Positions 55,660 through 64,000 of a DNA stretch of 64,000 bases are shown piece by piece. This stretch comes from Candidatus Binatia bacterium. GTDB lineage: Bacteria; Acidobacteriota; Terriglobia; Terriglobales; Acidobacteriaceae. The notes beneath the pieces were generated by a model. It had not been told where the DNA came from. It made no database searches and saw nothing but the letters and a program-made list of their open reading frames with translations. The stretch spans positions 17,153 to 81,152 of the forward strand of contig DATKAP010000095.1 of the NCBI GenBank assembly GCA_035577905.1, given 5' to 3'. The position numbers and the translations under genes were made by a program. Each line of letters opens with the position of its first letter. Position 1 is the first letter of the stretch.

Positions 55660-57201
55660 ATGAAAGGGTGTCGCTCGAGGTTGTACGCCAATTCGACTTG
55701 GGCGAGAAGTATGTCTGTTCGCTTCGTTCATGGAGTTGTCATTCTGGTGCTGCTTGCGTCACCGCTTCCCGGCCGTGGGCAGACCGCTAGCGAACAGGTC
55801 GCGTCGATCGTATCGTCCCTGCGAAACCGGGAATTTGATCGCGCACTGCAATTGCTGCAGCCCGCATTGCAACAGTCTCCCACGAACCCGCAATTATGGA
55901 TGCTGAAGGGGCTGGCTTATGCCGGGAAAGGCGACAACAAGACTGCACTCACGTCGTACCAGAACGCGCTGAAAGTCTCTCCTGACTATCTCCCTGCTCT
56001 CAAAGGCGCAGCGCAACTGCAGTACGACGCCGGCGACACGGCAGCGATTCCTCTCCTGCAACAGATCCTGCGCCTGCAGCCGAAGGATGCTACGAGTCAT
56101 GCAATGCTGGCTGTGATGCGGTACAAAAGCGGGGACTGCGAGTCCGCGGTTGATCATTTTGGGGAAAGCGAAGCGCTTCTCAGTTCACAACCGGCCGCAA
56201 TGCAGGACTACGGCATTTGCCTACTGAAACTAAAAAGAATGGATCAAGCCATTGCAGTATTTCGCGTCCTTCTGAATTCTCATCCGGACGACGCGCGTGC
56301 GATGCGAGCTTTATCCTCCGTGCAGCTAGACTCCGGGAAGGCACAGGATGCCTTGGCGACCTTGCAGCCGCTGCTCAGGGCGGACCCTGACTCAAGGACT
56401 ATGCAGCTCGCGGCAGCGATTTACGAGGCAAATGGAGATACTCCCAACGCCGTCAAATACCTGAGAGAAGCGATTGTGAAGGATCCGCACGATGTTTCCC
56501 TGTATGTAGATTTTGCGAACCTGGCAATGAATCACCAGTCGTTTCAGGCGGGAGTCGAGATGATGAACGCAGGCATCAACGTGCAGCCTGAGGCTGCCGC
56601 ACTCTTCCTGGCTCGAGGCGTGTTGTACGTGCAGCTCGCAAACTTCGAGGCGGCGGAAGCGGATTTTGAAAAGGCCGAGGAATTAGACCCAAAGGAATCC
56701 ATCAGCGCTGCCGCACAGGGCATGATCGCGGAGGAACAGAATCAGAATGAGCCGGAGAAAGCGTTGGCGACGGTGCGGATGAAGCTGAAGAAGAATCCAG
56801 GAGACGCTTTCCTCTGGTATCTGCAGGCGGCGATCCTGTCGCAAAAAGCACCGGATCCGGGTTCCCCAGAATTTCAGGAGGGGTTGGACTCTGCGAGAAA
56901 GGCTGTGACACTGCAGCCTTCCCTTACGGCTGCGCATGATGTGCTGGCGAAGTTCTATCTACAGTCGGGCCAGAACACTTTGGCCATCAAGGAGTGCCGC
57001 CTGGCCCTGCAGAACGATGAGAACGATCAGACCGCGCTGTACCACCTTGTTCTGGCGCTGCGCAAGACGAAGGATCAGGCCGAGATCCCCGAGTTGCTCA
57101 AGCGCCTGGCAAAGGCTCGACAAGAGGCGGCAAAACAAGAGGGGGAACGCAACCGCTATAAGCTGGTGGTATCGCCACGCGATGCGGACAAAACTGAGTA
57201 A
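55660..57201 (+). CDS. Secreted TPR repeat protein (paralogue of 62786..)
   Basis: Signal peptide VVILVLLASPLPGRGQ (the start may be ATG 55711). TPR repeats throughout. Collinear with the partial ORF at the window end. Confidence 0.8.
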   Translation: MKGCRSRLYANSTWARSMSVRFVHGVVILVLLASPLPGRGQTASEQVASIVSSLRNREFDRALQLLQPALQQSPTNPQLWMLKGLAYAGKGDNKTALTSYQNALKVSPDYLPALKGAAQLQYDAGDTAAIPLLQQILRLQPKDATSHAMLAVMRYKSGDCESAVDHFGESEALLSSQPAAMQDYGICLLKLKRMDQAIAVFRVLLNSHPDDARAMRALSSVQLDSGKAQDALATLQPLLRADPDSRTMQLAAAIYEANGDTPNAVKYLREAIVKDPHDVSLYVDFANLAMNHQSFQAGVEMMNAGINVQPEAAALFLARGVLYVQLANFEAAEADFEKAEELDPKESISAAAQGMIAEEQNQNEPEKALATVRMKLKKNPGDAFLWYLQAAILSQKAPDPGSPEFQEGLDSARKAVTLQPSLTAAHDVLAKFYLQSGQNTLAIKECRLALQNDENDQTALYHLVLALRKTKDQAEIPELLKRLAKARQEAAKQEGERNRYKLVVSPRDADKTE

Positions 57202-57262
57202 ACCTTTACTGAAACTATTCCACCCGACGATAATTGAAGGCGCACTTGCATAGGCCCCAGGA

Positions 57263-59026
57263 ATGACGATCAGCCGGCGTTCTTTTCTGTTGTTTTCCCT
57301 TTGCGCTTCCGCGCAACGACTCCTCGGGCAGACGCAGGGTATCGCGACCCGTGACGTGAAAGCCCTGCCCAAACCGGCGCCTTCAGGTCGGCCGTTCTAC
57401 GCGCATTTCACAGATATCGCCAACGAAGCTGGGCTGCGCGCTCCGACAATTTATGGGGGGATTGAGTCGAAGAAGTACATCATGGAGGCCAATGGCTGCG
57501 GATGTGCCTTCATTGACTACGACAATGACGGGTGGATGGACATTTTCATTCTTTCCGGCACTCGCATCGAGGGTGATCCGCCGGAGGCGACGAATCGTCT
57601 TTACAGAAACAACCGCGACGGAACGTTCACCGATGTGACCGAGAAGTCTGGACTGAAAGCCGTCGGGTGGGCAAATGGGGTCTGCGTTGGTGACTACAAC
57701 AACGACGGTTTTGATGACATCTTCTGCAGCTACTTCGGACAAAATCGGCTGTATCGCAACAATGGGGACGGAACGTTCACCGATGTGACCAAGCAGGCCG
57801 GCTTATTGGAGCATGGCCCGGCCCGCTGGGGAGCAGGCTGCGCGTTTGTGGACTACAACCGTGACGGTCACCTCGATCTCTTCGTTTCCAACTACATCCG
57901 CTTCTCATTCGAACACGCTCCCGTACCTGGAGAGAACTCGACTTGCAATTGGAAAGGGATTCCGGTGAACTGCGGACCACGAGGTCTGCCTACCGGCCGT
58001 CATTCTCTTTATCGCAACAACGGCGATGGAACGTTTACTGACGTTACGAAACAATCTGGTATTGCGGGCGCGACGGAAAGCTATGGCATGACTGTTGTGA
58101 CCGCCGATTTTGACGAGGACGGATGGCCCGACATCTTCGTGGCTTGCGATTCCACGCCCAGTCTGCTCTTTATGAACAATCATGACGGCACGTTCCGCGA
58201 GGAGGGTGTCATGCGTGGCGTGGCGTTGAGCGACGACGGAATGGAGCAGGCGGGTATGGGAGTGGGAATTGGGGATTACAACCTTGACGGACATCTCGAC
58301 TTGTTCAAGACCCACTTCATTGGCGACACGTGCGGCCTCTATCGCAATGACGGAACCGGAAACTTCGACGAGATGACGCGGGCGGCCAAGGTCGCAGTGG
58401 AGACGCGCTTTACCAGCTGGGGAGCCGGTCTCTTCGACCTGGACAACGACGGCTACCCGGATGTGTTCTTTGTCACCGGAAGTGTATATCCCGAAATCGA
58501 GAAAAAGCTGCCGCAATACCCATACAAGACGCCGAGAGTTTTGTTTCGCAACCTGGGCAACGGAGCGTTTGAAGAGATTGAATCGGAGGGCGGCGAAGGC
58601 GTCTTGACGCCTCATAGCAGCCGCGGGTGTGCGTTTGGCGACTTCGATAACGACGGCGATATCGACATTCTCGTCGTCAACATGAACGAGCCGCCGTCGC
58701 TGCTGCGGAACGATCTGAAAGAAAAACAGAACTGGCTCAAGGTGAAACTGGAAGGGGTGAAATCGAATCGAAGTGCGATCGGCGCCAGAGTTCTCGTACG
58801 TTTTGGGACGAAGGTGCAAGCGCAAACGGTTCTCAGCCAGTCGAGCTACTATTCGTGCAATGATCCCCGCCTGCACTTTGGCCTCGGTTCCACTTCATTC
58901 GCCGATGTGGATGTGTATTGGCCGAATGGGCTGCATGAACAATATAAGAAGATCTCCGCCAATCAACTGGTGACGATTCGGGAGGGGGTAGGAATCACGA
59001 AGAACAAAGGTTGGAGCCGCTCCTGA
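57263..59026 (+). CDS. CRTAC1-family protein (FG-GAP/VCBS repeats plus ASPIC/UnbV C-terminal domain), Tat-like signal
   Basis: TISRRSFLLFSL. Repeated DYDNDGWMDIF, DYNNDGFDDIF, DYNRDGHLDLF, DFDEDGWPDIF and DFDNDGDIDIL. C-terminus NRSAIGARVLVRFG...YYSCNDPRLHFGLG. Confidence 0.85.
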   Translation: MTISRRSFLLFSLCASAQRLLGQTQGIATRDVKALPKPAPSGRPFYAHFTDIANEAGLRAPTIYGGIESKKYIMEANGCGCAFIDYDNDGWMDIFILSGTRIEGDPPEATNRLYRNNRDGTFTDVTEKSGLKAVGWANGVCVGDYNNDGFDDIFCSYFGQNRLYRNNGDGTFTDVTKQAGLLEHGPARWGAGCAFVDYNRDGHLDLFVSNYIRFSFEHAPVPGENSTCNWKGIPVNCGPRGLPTGRHSLYRNNGDGTFTDVTKQSGIAGATESYGMTVVTADFDEDGWPDIFVACDSTPSLLFMNNHDGTFREEGVMRGVALSDDGMEQAGMGVGIGDYNLDGHLDLFKTHFIGDTCGLYRNDGTGNFDEMTRAAKVAVETRFTSWGAGLFDLDNDGYPDVFFVTGSVYPEIEKKLPQYPYKTPRVLFRNLGNGAFEEIESEGGEGVLTPHSSRGCAFGDFDNDGDIDILVVNMNEPPSLLRNDLKEKQNWLKVKLEGVKSNRSAIGARVLVRFGTKVQAQTVLSQSSYYSCNDPRLHFGLGSTSFADVDVYWPNGLHEQYKKISANQLVTIREGVGITKNKGWSRS

Positions 59027-59115
59027 ACAGTAGGGTGTGGAGTGAAACTCAGCAGCCCGAGTTCTAAATCGCCTGGCACCTACTCGATCCAGAAAACGAA
59101 TTCGGAAAAAAGTTC

Positions 59116-59172
59116 TTGACAGTGAATTATTCCTAGTCTTTATATATTAGAACACTTGAGAAAACGTTTTCT
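59116..59172 (+). promoter_or_regulatory. Sigma70-like promoter followed by a perfect 14-nt LacI-type palindrome upstream of the TonB-dependent receptor gene
   Basis: TTGACA at 59116-21. An AT-rich -10 candidate in TTTATATATT (59139-48), 17-19 nt downstream. AGAAAACGTTTTCT at 59159-72. A matching half-site CCAGAAAACG at 59089-98. Confidence 0.5.
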
Positions 59173-59211
59173 GGGGCGGCTCACAACACCGTTATTTGAC
59201 GGGAGGAATCC

Positions 59212-62200
59212 ATGGCCCGTAGCAAGATATTTCGACGTAATTCTTGTCTGTGCTCTCTATTCGTTCTCTTGACCGCGGCGGCATTCGCCCAATTCACCGC
59301 CAGCATTCAGGGAGTTGTGCAGGACCCAACGGGAGCCGGTGTCCCGAAGGCATCTGTTCAACTGGTAAATACGGCGACGTCAATCACCGCCGTCGCGACC
59401 ACTGATACCGCCGGCAACTACCGCTTTGTCAGCCTTGCCCCGGGTAGCTACCGAATCACCGTGGAAGCCACAGGCTTCGCGAAAGCGGAAGCAAATGTGA
59501 CATTGCTCACGGAACAGAATCTGAACGTTCCGATCAGTGTCAAGGTGGGCTCGGTCACGGAGTCCATAGTCGTGAGCACTGAAGCTCCGGTGGTTGACAC
59601 TGCGGAGAGCCGGAACCAAATGACGCTGGAGAACTCCGGCGTAGCCGAGTTGCCGGTCGCAGGCAGAAATCTGGTGACGCTGACGACCCTGGCGGCTGGA
59701 GTGTCTGGCCTGGGAACAATGGGTGGTGGCCAGCCCGGAAAGGCGGGAACTCCCGGTTCCGGTGTCGACAACTACTCAACCGAAACCCAAGTGGATGCGA
59801 GTGCCAACGGTCAGGGCCAGATGTCGAATATGTATGTGATCGACGGCTTGGATGTGACCAGTGGAATTCGACAGGGCGTATTGAACCTGACGCCCAATCC
59901 TGAGTCCATCCAGGAAACAAGCATTCAAGTCAATACGTTTTCACCGGAATACACCCGCGCAACCGGCGTTCAGGAGGTACTGACCACCAAATCTGGCACG
60001 GAGCGGTTCCACGGTTCGGCAGCGGATTGGTACTACTACCAGGATATGTTCGCCACGACCCACTTCTCCGGCCCGAAATATCTCGCCTTTCACGGCAACA
60101 ATATGTCGTTCTCGGTAGGTGGGCCGATTATCCCTCACAAACAGTTCTATTTCTACTTTGCAGTCGAGCCGCTGCGGTCATCGCTGGCGACAAACTCGGC
60201 CATTACATTTTCAGACCCGCAGTTTATTTCCTGGGCTCAGCAGAACCTTCCCAACGGCACGGGAATCCATGTGCTGTCCACGTACACTCCCGTGAATGTG
60301 TCATCGATCGCGGTCGCCAATAACGGGACTGCCGCGGGAGTTCTGGGCACGGGAGCCAGCGGGTGTAACACGGCTGCCACGGCGTTCATCCCCTGCAACC
60401 TACCGATGATCGACGTGGGCAACTTCAGCGCTCCACAAATCCGGGATGGCACGCAGTACTTCGTGCGCGTAGACAAGAATTTCAGCAAAGATCGAGTCTA
60501 TGGAAGCTTCTATCGAACTGTGCTCACTTATGGTGCAGCCTCAGCGATACCAGCCTTCTCGGCTCTCAACAATAACTGGCAGCGGGCCTTTCAGGTCAAT
60601 TACACGCATACGTTTTCCCCCAACACCCTGAACGAGGCGATATTCGGCGCAAACCGAGTGGAAGGTGTGCTCGGCAGCGGGGCGAAGGATTACAGTATCC
60701 CGTCCATCGCCGTCAGCGGCATCAGCACGGAGGCCGGACAGGCCTTTGGGGTGGGGTTTGCACAAGGGGACTTCATACAGCACAACTACCACTGGCGTGA
60801 TGTACTGACGCACGTTCGTGGAGCGCATACCTTGAAGTTCGGTTACGAAGGATGGTACGGCGATGACGTGGAACCGTTCCAGGGTCCGTGGTCCCAGCCG
60901 ACATTCAATTTCGATAATCTGCTAACACTCGCCCAGGACTCTCCTCACACGGAGGGCCATGTGATGTACGACCCGATTGCTGGACAGCCAGTGCTCTGGT
61001 CTTGGGATGCCGCATCACGAACCTGGGGGTTGTTCGCGGAGGACACGTGGAAAGCGAGAAAGAACCTGACGCTTACGCTCGGCCTGCGCTGGGACGATAG
61101 TGGGAACCCGTGGTCGAAGAGTGCGACCACGGTTTTTGGCAATTTCTATCTCGGACCAGGTCAGACCCATGAGCAGGAAGTAGCGAATGGATTTGCGAAG
61201 GCTACCCACAATGCCCTGAACCACTCAGTAAATAACCTTTTGAGCCCGCGCATTGGTTTTGCCTGGGACGTGACGGGGAAGGGCAACACGATGCTGCGAG
61301 GCGGGTTCGGCGTGTACAACAACTGGCTTACGCAGGCAAACGTGCAGGAGGAATTCCGCGGCAGCCCGCCCGGCCCGATCACTCCAACATTTACGGCCGG
61401 GACAGCGACTCCTCCACTGTTCGTTCTTGGGACAGGGGGAAAGCCGCCGTTCGGATTCACGTATCCGCCATTGGCCGGGTCGCCGATATGTCCCACCCTC
61501 GGTGCGAGCGGCTGTCTGGACTCCAAAGGAGGTATTGTCGGTGCCAACGCCGGGATCGGCGCAATCAATCCAAACCTAAAATCACCGAAAGCGAACATTT
61601 GGTCACTGACATTGGAGCAAAAACTGGGGTCGAGATACTCCGCTGCCGTTGGTTATGCGGGATCCCATTCCTACAACGTTGTCGGCGGAGGCAACCAAGC
61701 CGGCGTTGTCAGTTACGGGCAGGACATCAATGCCTTTTCGGGAGACCTATTGACTCGTGCTGCTCCCATTCGATTGAACTCGAGCTTCGGTTCGATTGCG
61801 TATACCGACAATGATCGATACGGAAACTACGAGAGCATCTTCTTTGAGTTCAAGGGGAGATTCTCACGGCGCGGATTCTTCAATGCTTCATACACCCGTT
61901 CGCGTTCGCAAGACGATGCCGGCGTGTATCCAGCCGAGGTGAGCCCGTCGCAGTATTACGGTCCGTCGCCATGGGATGTTCCAAACCGGTTCTCGCTCAC
62001 GCTGAACTATCAATTACCGGGGCTGAACAAGGGAGAGGGTCTGATCGGCCGACTAACCGGGGGCTGGGGTATCAGCGGAACAAGCATTTTCCAGAGTGGG
62101 TATCCGGCGATGGTCTACACAGGTGCTCCATTCCTCGCTCTGTGCGCGTCTGGCGCTGTCAGCCCGTGCACGGCCGCCGATCCCGCGGTTTCGTACCGGG

Positions 62201-62586
62201 CGGGAAGCGGCGATTTCAATGCAGACGGGGACAACAATGACTATCCTGACGCGCAGAGCTACCATCAAGGAAATTCAAAAAGCGAATTCCTCAATGGAGT
62301 TTTTGCGTCCGGGCAGTTTACGTCTCCTGCGAGCTTTGGTGGCGAGGGTAACGAAAAGGCAAATCAATTCCGACAGCCTAACTTCGCCGAGACCGACGTC
62401 AACTTCTACAAAGTCACTCATCTCGCCGAGAGAGTTGACTTGCAACTGCGGTTTGAATTCTTCAATGTCTTCAATCGCGTAAACCTGACGGGATTCGACA
62501 GCAACTTGGCGGATAGCACCTTCGGGAAAGCAACCGCTCAGCAGTTGCCGCGCAACTGGCAGTTCGGTGCAAGGATCACATTCTAA
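59212..62586 (+). CDS. TonB-dependent receptor with N-terminal carboxypeptidase-regulatory-like domain (second copy)
   Basis: GGGAGGA RBS. Signal peptide. GVVQDPTGAGVPKASVQLVNTAT...TDTAGNYRFVSLAPGSYRI. 1124 aa. C-terminal WQFGARITF. Confidence 0.9.
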   Translation: MARSKIFRRNSCLCSLFVLLTAAAFAQFTASIQGVVQDPTGAGVPKASVQLVNTATSITAVATTDTAGNYRFVSLAPGSYRITVEATGFAKAEANVTLLTEQNLNVPISVKVGSVTESIVVSTEAPVVDTAESRNQMTLENSGVAELPVAGRNLVTLTTLAAGVSGLGTMGGGQPGKAGTPGSGVDNYSTETQVDASANGQGQMSNMYVIDGLDVTSGIRQGVLNLTPNPESIQETSIQVNTFSPEYTRATGVQEVLTTKSGTERFHGSAADWYYYQDMFATTHFSGPKYLAFHGNNMSFSVGGPIIPHKQFYFYFAVEPLRSSLATNSAITFSDPQFISWAQQNLPNGTGIHVLSTYTPVNVSSIAVANNGTAAGVLGTGASGCNTAATAFIPCNLPMIDVGNFSAPQIRDGTQYFVRVDKNFSKDRVYGSFYRTVLTYGAASAIPAFSALNNNWQRAFQVNYTHTFSPNTLNEAIFGANRVEGVLGSGAKDYSIPSIAVSGISTEAGQAFGVGFAQGDFIQHNYHWRDVLTHVRGAHTLKFGYEGWYGDDVEPFQGPWSQPTFNFDNLLTLAQDSPHTEGHVMYDPIAGQPVLWSWDAASRTWGLFAEDTWKARKNLTLTLGLRWDDSGNPWSKSATTVFGNFYLGPGQTHEQEVANGFAKATHNALNHSVNNLLSPRIGFAWDVTGKGNTMLRGGFGVYNNWLTQANVQEEFRGSPPGPITPTFTAGTATPPLFVLGTGGKPPFGFTYPPLAGSPICPTLGASGCLDSKGGIVGANAGIGAINPNLKSPKANIWSLTLEQKLGSRYSAAVGYAGSHSYNVVGGGNQAGVVSYGQDINAFSGDLLTRAAPIRLNSSFGSIAYTDNDRYGNYESIFFEFKGRFSRRGFFNASYTRSRSQDDAGVYPAEVSPSQYYGPSPWDVPNRFSLTLNYQLPGLNKGEGLIGRLTGGWGISGTSIFQSGYPAMVYTGAPFLALCASGAVSPCTAADPAVSYRAGSGDFNADGDNNDYPDAQSYHQGNSKSEFLNGVFASGQFTSPASFGGEGNEKANQFRQPNFAETDVNFYKVTHLAERVDLQLRFEFFNVFNRVNLTGFDSNLADSTFGKATAQQLPRNWQFGARITF

Positions 62587-62785
62587 CTGCTGTTTTCAGA
62601 GGGGGACGCCCTGCCGCTTTAGCCGAAGCGGCGGGGCTTTGTATTTGTAAGGCTGCTGGTTGTGATCTGCCGTGGGGGCTTGCTCATGTCGTATGCTGCC
62701 GGTGGCGTAAGATCATTGAGCCTACTCTCGGGCAACATCTGTCATCAGCGGAAGTGGCGAGGCCGCCAGAGTGGCCGATTGCAGG

Positions 62786-64000
62786 ATGCATTTTTTCCGG
62801 AAACATGAATTCCTTCTTACGGCGATTCTCTTTCTGTCCTGTGCGTGCGCACAAACGACGGATCAGATCGACGCGATCGCCTCCGCGCTACGCAACAGAG
62901 AATTCTCAACAGCGCTCGGATTGCTTCAGCCGGCCCTTCGGCTGTCGCCTGCCGACGCGAGGCTTTGGGCCATGCAAGGCACCGCGTACGCCGGGAATGG
63001 TAGGACGAAGGAAGCGCTAGCGTCGTTTCTGACGGCCCTTAAAATCGCTCCTGACTATCTACCGGCGTTGCAGGGGGCCGCTCAGATCGAATTCGCGAAA
63101 GCTAGTCCCAAGGCCATTCCTTTGCTCCAGAGACTGCTTCGCATACACCCTGACGATGCGGTGGCACACGGTATGCTGGCAGTGCTTCAATACCAGCGCG
63201 GGAACTGTCCGGCGGCGGTTCCTCATTTTCAAAAGGCAGGCGCGCTATTCGATGCCAAACCGGACGCTCTGCATGCATATGCGACATGCCTGGTTCGGCT
63301 CAAACAAGCTGACAAGGCGGTAATCGTTGAACAGCGTGTGGTGGCCTTGAATCCCGACGATCCGCGCGAGCGTCAGGTTTTGGCATCCGTTCAACTGATG
63401 GCTCACACGCCGCAGGAAGCGCTGATGACGCTCGATCCGCTATTGCGTACCAACCCTGATGCCGCGACGCTGGAACTGGCTTCCTCTGCGTACGAAGCGG
63501 CACACGACACCGACAAAGCAGTGGATGCCCTGCGGCAGGCCATCCTGCTGGATCCCCACAACGTTAGTCTCTACGTGCAATTCGCCATGATCGCGGCGAG
63601 GCACCAGTCCTTCCAGGTCGGAATCAACGTCGTAAATGACGGGATCAGTCTTGTGCCGAATGCTGCACCGCTGTTTTTTGCGCGCGGCGTCCTTTATGTG
63701 CAACTCGCGGAGTATGACAAGGCAGAGGAAGACTTCGAGAAGGCGTACGAACTAGACCCCAGTCAATCTCTCACTGTGGCGGCGCAGGGACTAGCCGCGG
63801 TACAGCGAAATGATCTCTCGCACGGGCTAACCGAGGTTCAGGAGAAACTGGCTCGAAGACCCGATGATCCAATCCTCCTTTACATGCAGGCGGATATCCT
63901 CACGCAGCAGGGGGCGACACCGGGCAGTCCTGAATTTCAAACGGCCATGCGTTCGGCGAAGAGGGCGGTTGCGCTGCGGCCTTCGCTTGGTCCCGCTCAC
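62786..64000 (+). CDS. Secreted TPR repeat protein, 3'-truncated by the window edge (paralogue of 55660..57201)
   Basis: Not in the ORF track because no stop falls in the window. My translation from ATG 62786 reads MHFFRKHEFLLTAILFLSCACAQTTDQIDAIASALRNREF...; it is collinear with the 55660 protein (shared RNREF, SPDYLPAL, ARGVLYVQLA, GSPEFQ). Confidence 0.8.
   Translation, partial: MHFFRKHEFLLTAILFLSCACAQTTDQIDAIASALRNREFSTALGLLQPALRLSPADARLWAMQGTAYAGNGRTKEALASFLTALKIAPDYLPALQGAAQIEFAKASPKAIPLLQRLLRIHPDDAVAHGMLAVLQYQRGNCPAAVPHFQKAGALFDAKPDALHAYATCLVRLKQADKAVIVEQRVVALNPDDPRERQVLASVQLMAHTPQEALMTLDPLLRTNPDAATLELASSAYEAAHDTDKAVDALRQAILLDPHNVSLYVQFAMIAARHQSFQVGINVVNDGISLVPNAAPLFFARGVLYVQLAEYDKAEEDFEKAYELDPSQSLTVAAQGLAAVQRNDLSHGLTEVQEKLARRPDDPILLYMQADILTQQGATPGSPEFQTAMRSAKRAVALRPSLGPAH

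Overview
High-GC chromosomal segment. Its gene content suggests an Acidobacteriota (Terriglobia-like) genome: two CarboxypepD_reg-type TonB-dependent receptors over 1100 aa, a wHTH-TM-TolB-propeller regulator, TPR/CRTAC1 modules, many secreted peptidases and dense REP-like repeats. The taxon call is inference, and no database search was possible. I support about 45 protein genes, all called from motifs read in the supplied translations. Housekeeping genes include purB, clpC, lolD plus a LolC/E-type permease, pal, zapA plus a ZapB-like gene, sodC, RNase H, two ClC/CBS channels, SulP, and an L,D-transpeptidase/MepK-like pair. There is one tRNA-Pro(UGG), followed by a frameshifted integrase remnant. 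The most interesting locus is 46.8-48.6 kb. A Ro60/TROVE+vWA gene (rsr-like) is preceded on the same strand by three tandem structured RNA modules that no ORF explains. Two of them carry canonical tRNA-type T-arms, and their closing stems differ in sequence while keeping pairing. They are candidate Y RNAs of the tRNA-mimicking YrlA type. Other non-ORF signals are listed below. (1) A REP-like hairpin repeat superfamily, seven copies, all in the same orientation, with compensatory arm substitutions. (2) A second family of CCCCAC...GTGGGG terminator hairpins. (3) Paired palindromic operators in front of a MarR gene. (4) A LacI-type palindrome just downstream of a sigma70-like promoter for a TonB-dependent receptor. 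(5) A long, possibly structured intergenic region upstream of the L,D-transpeptidase. (6) A two-gene operon encoding a variant metzincin-like protease and an Ig-repeat protein. No CRISPR array, rRNA or intact mobile element was seen. The many long ORFs antisense to real genes are GC-driven shadows.
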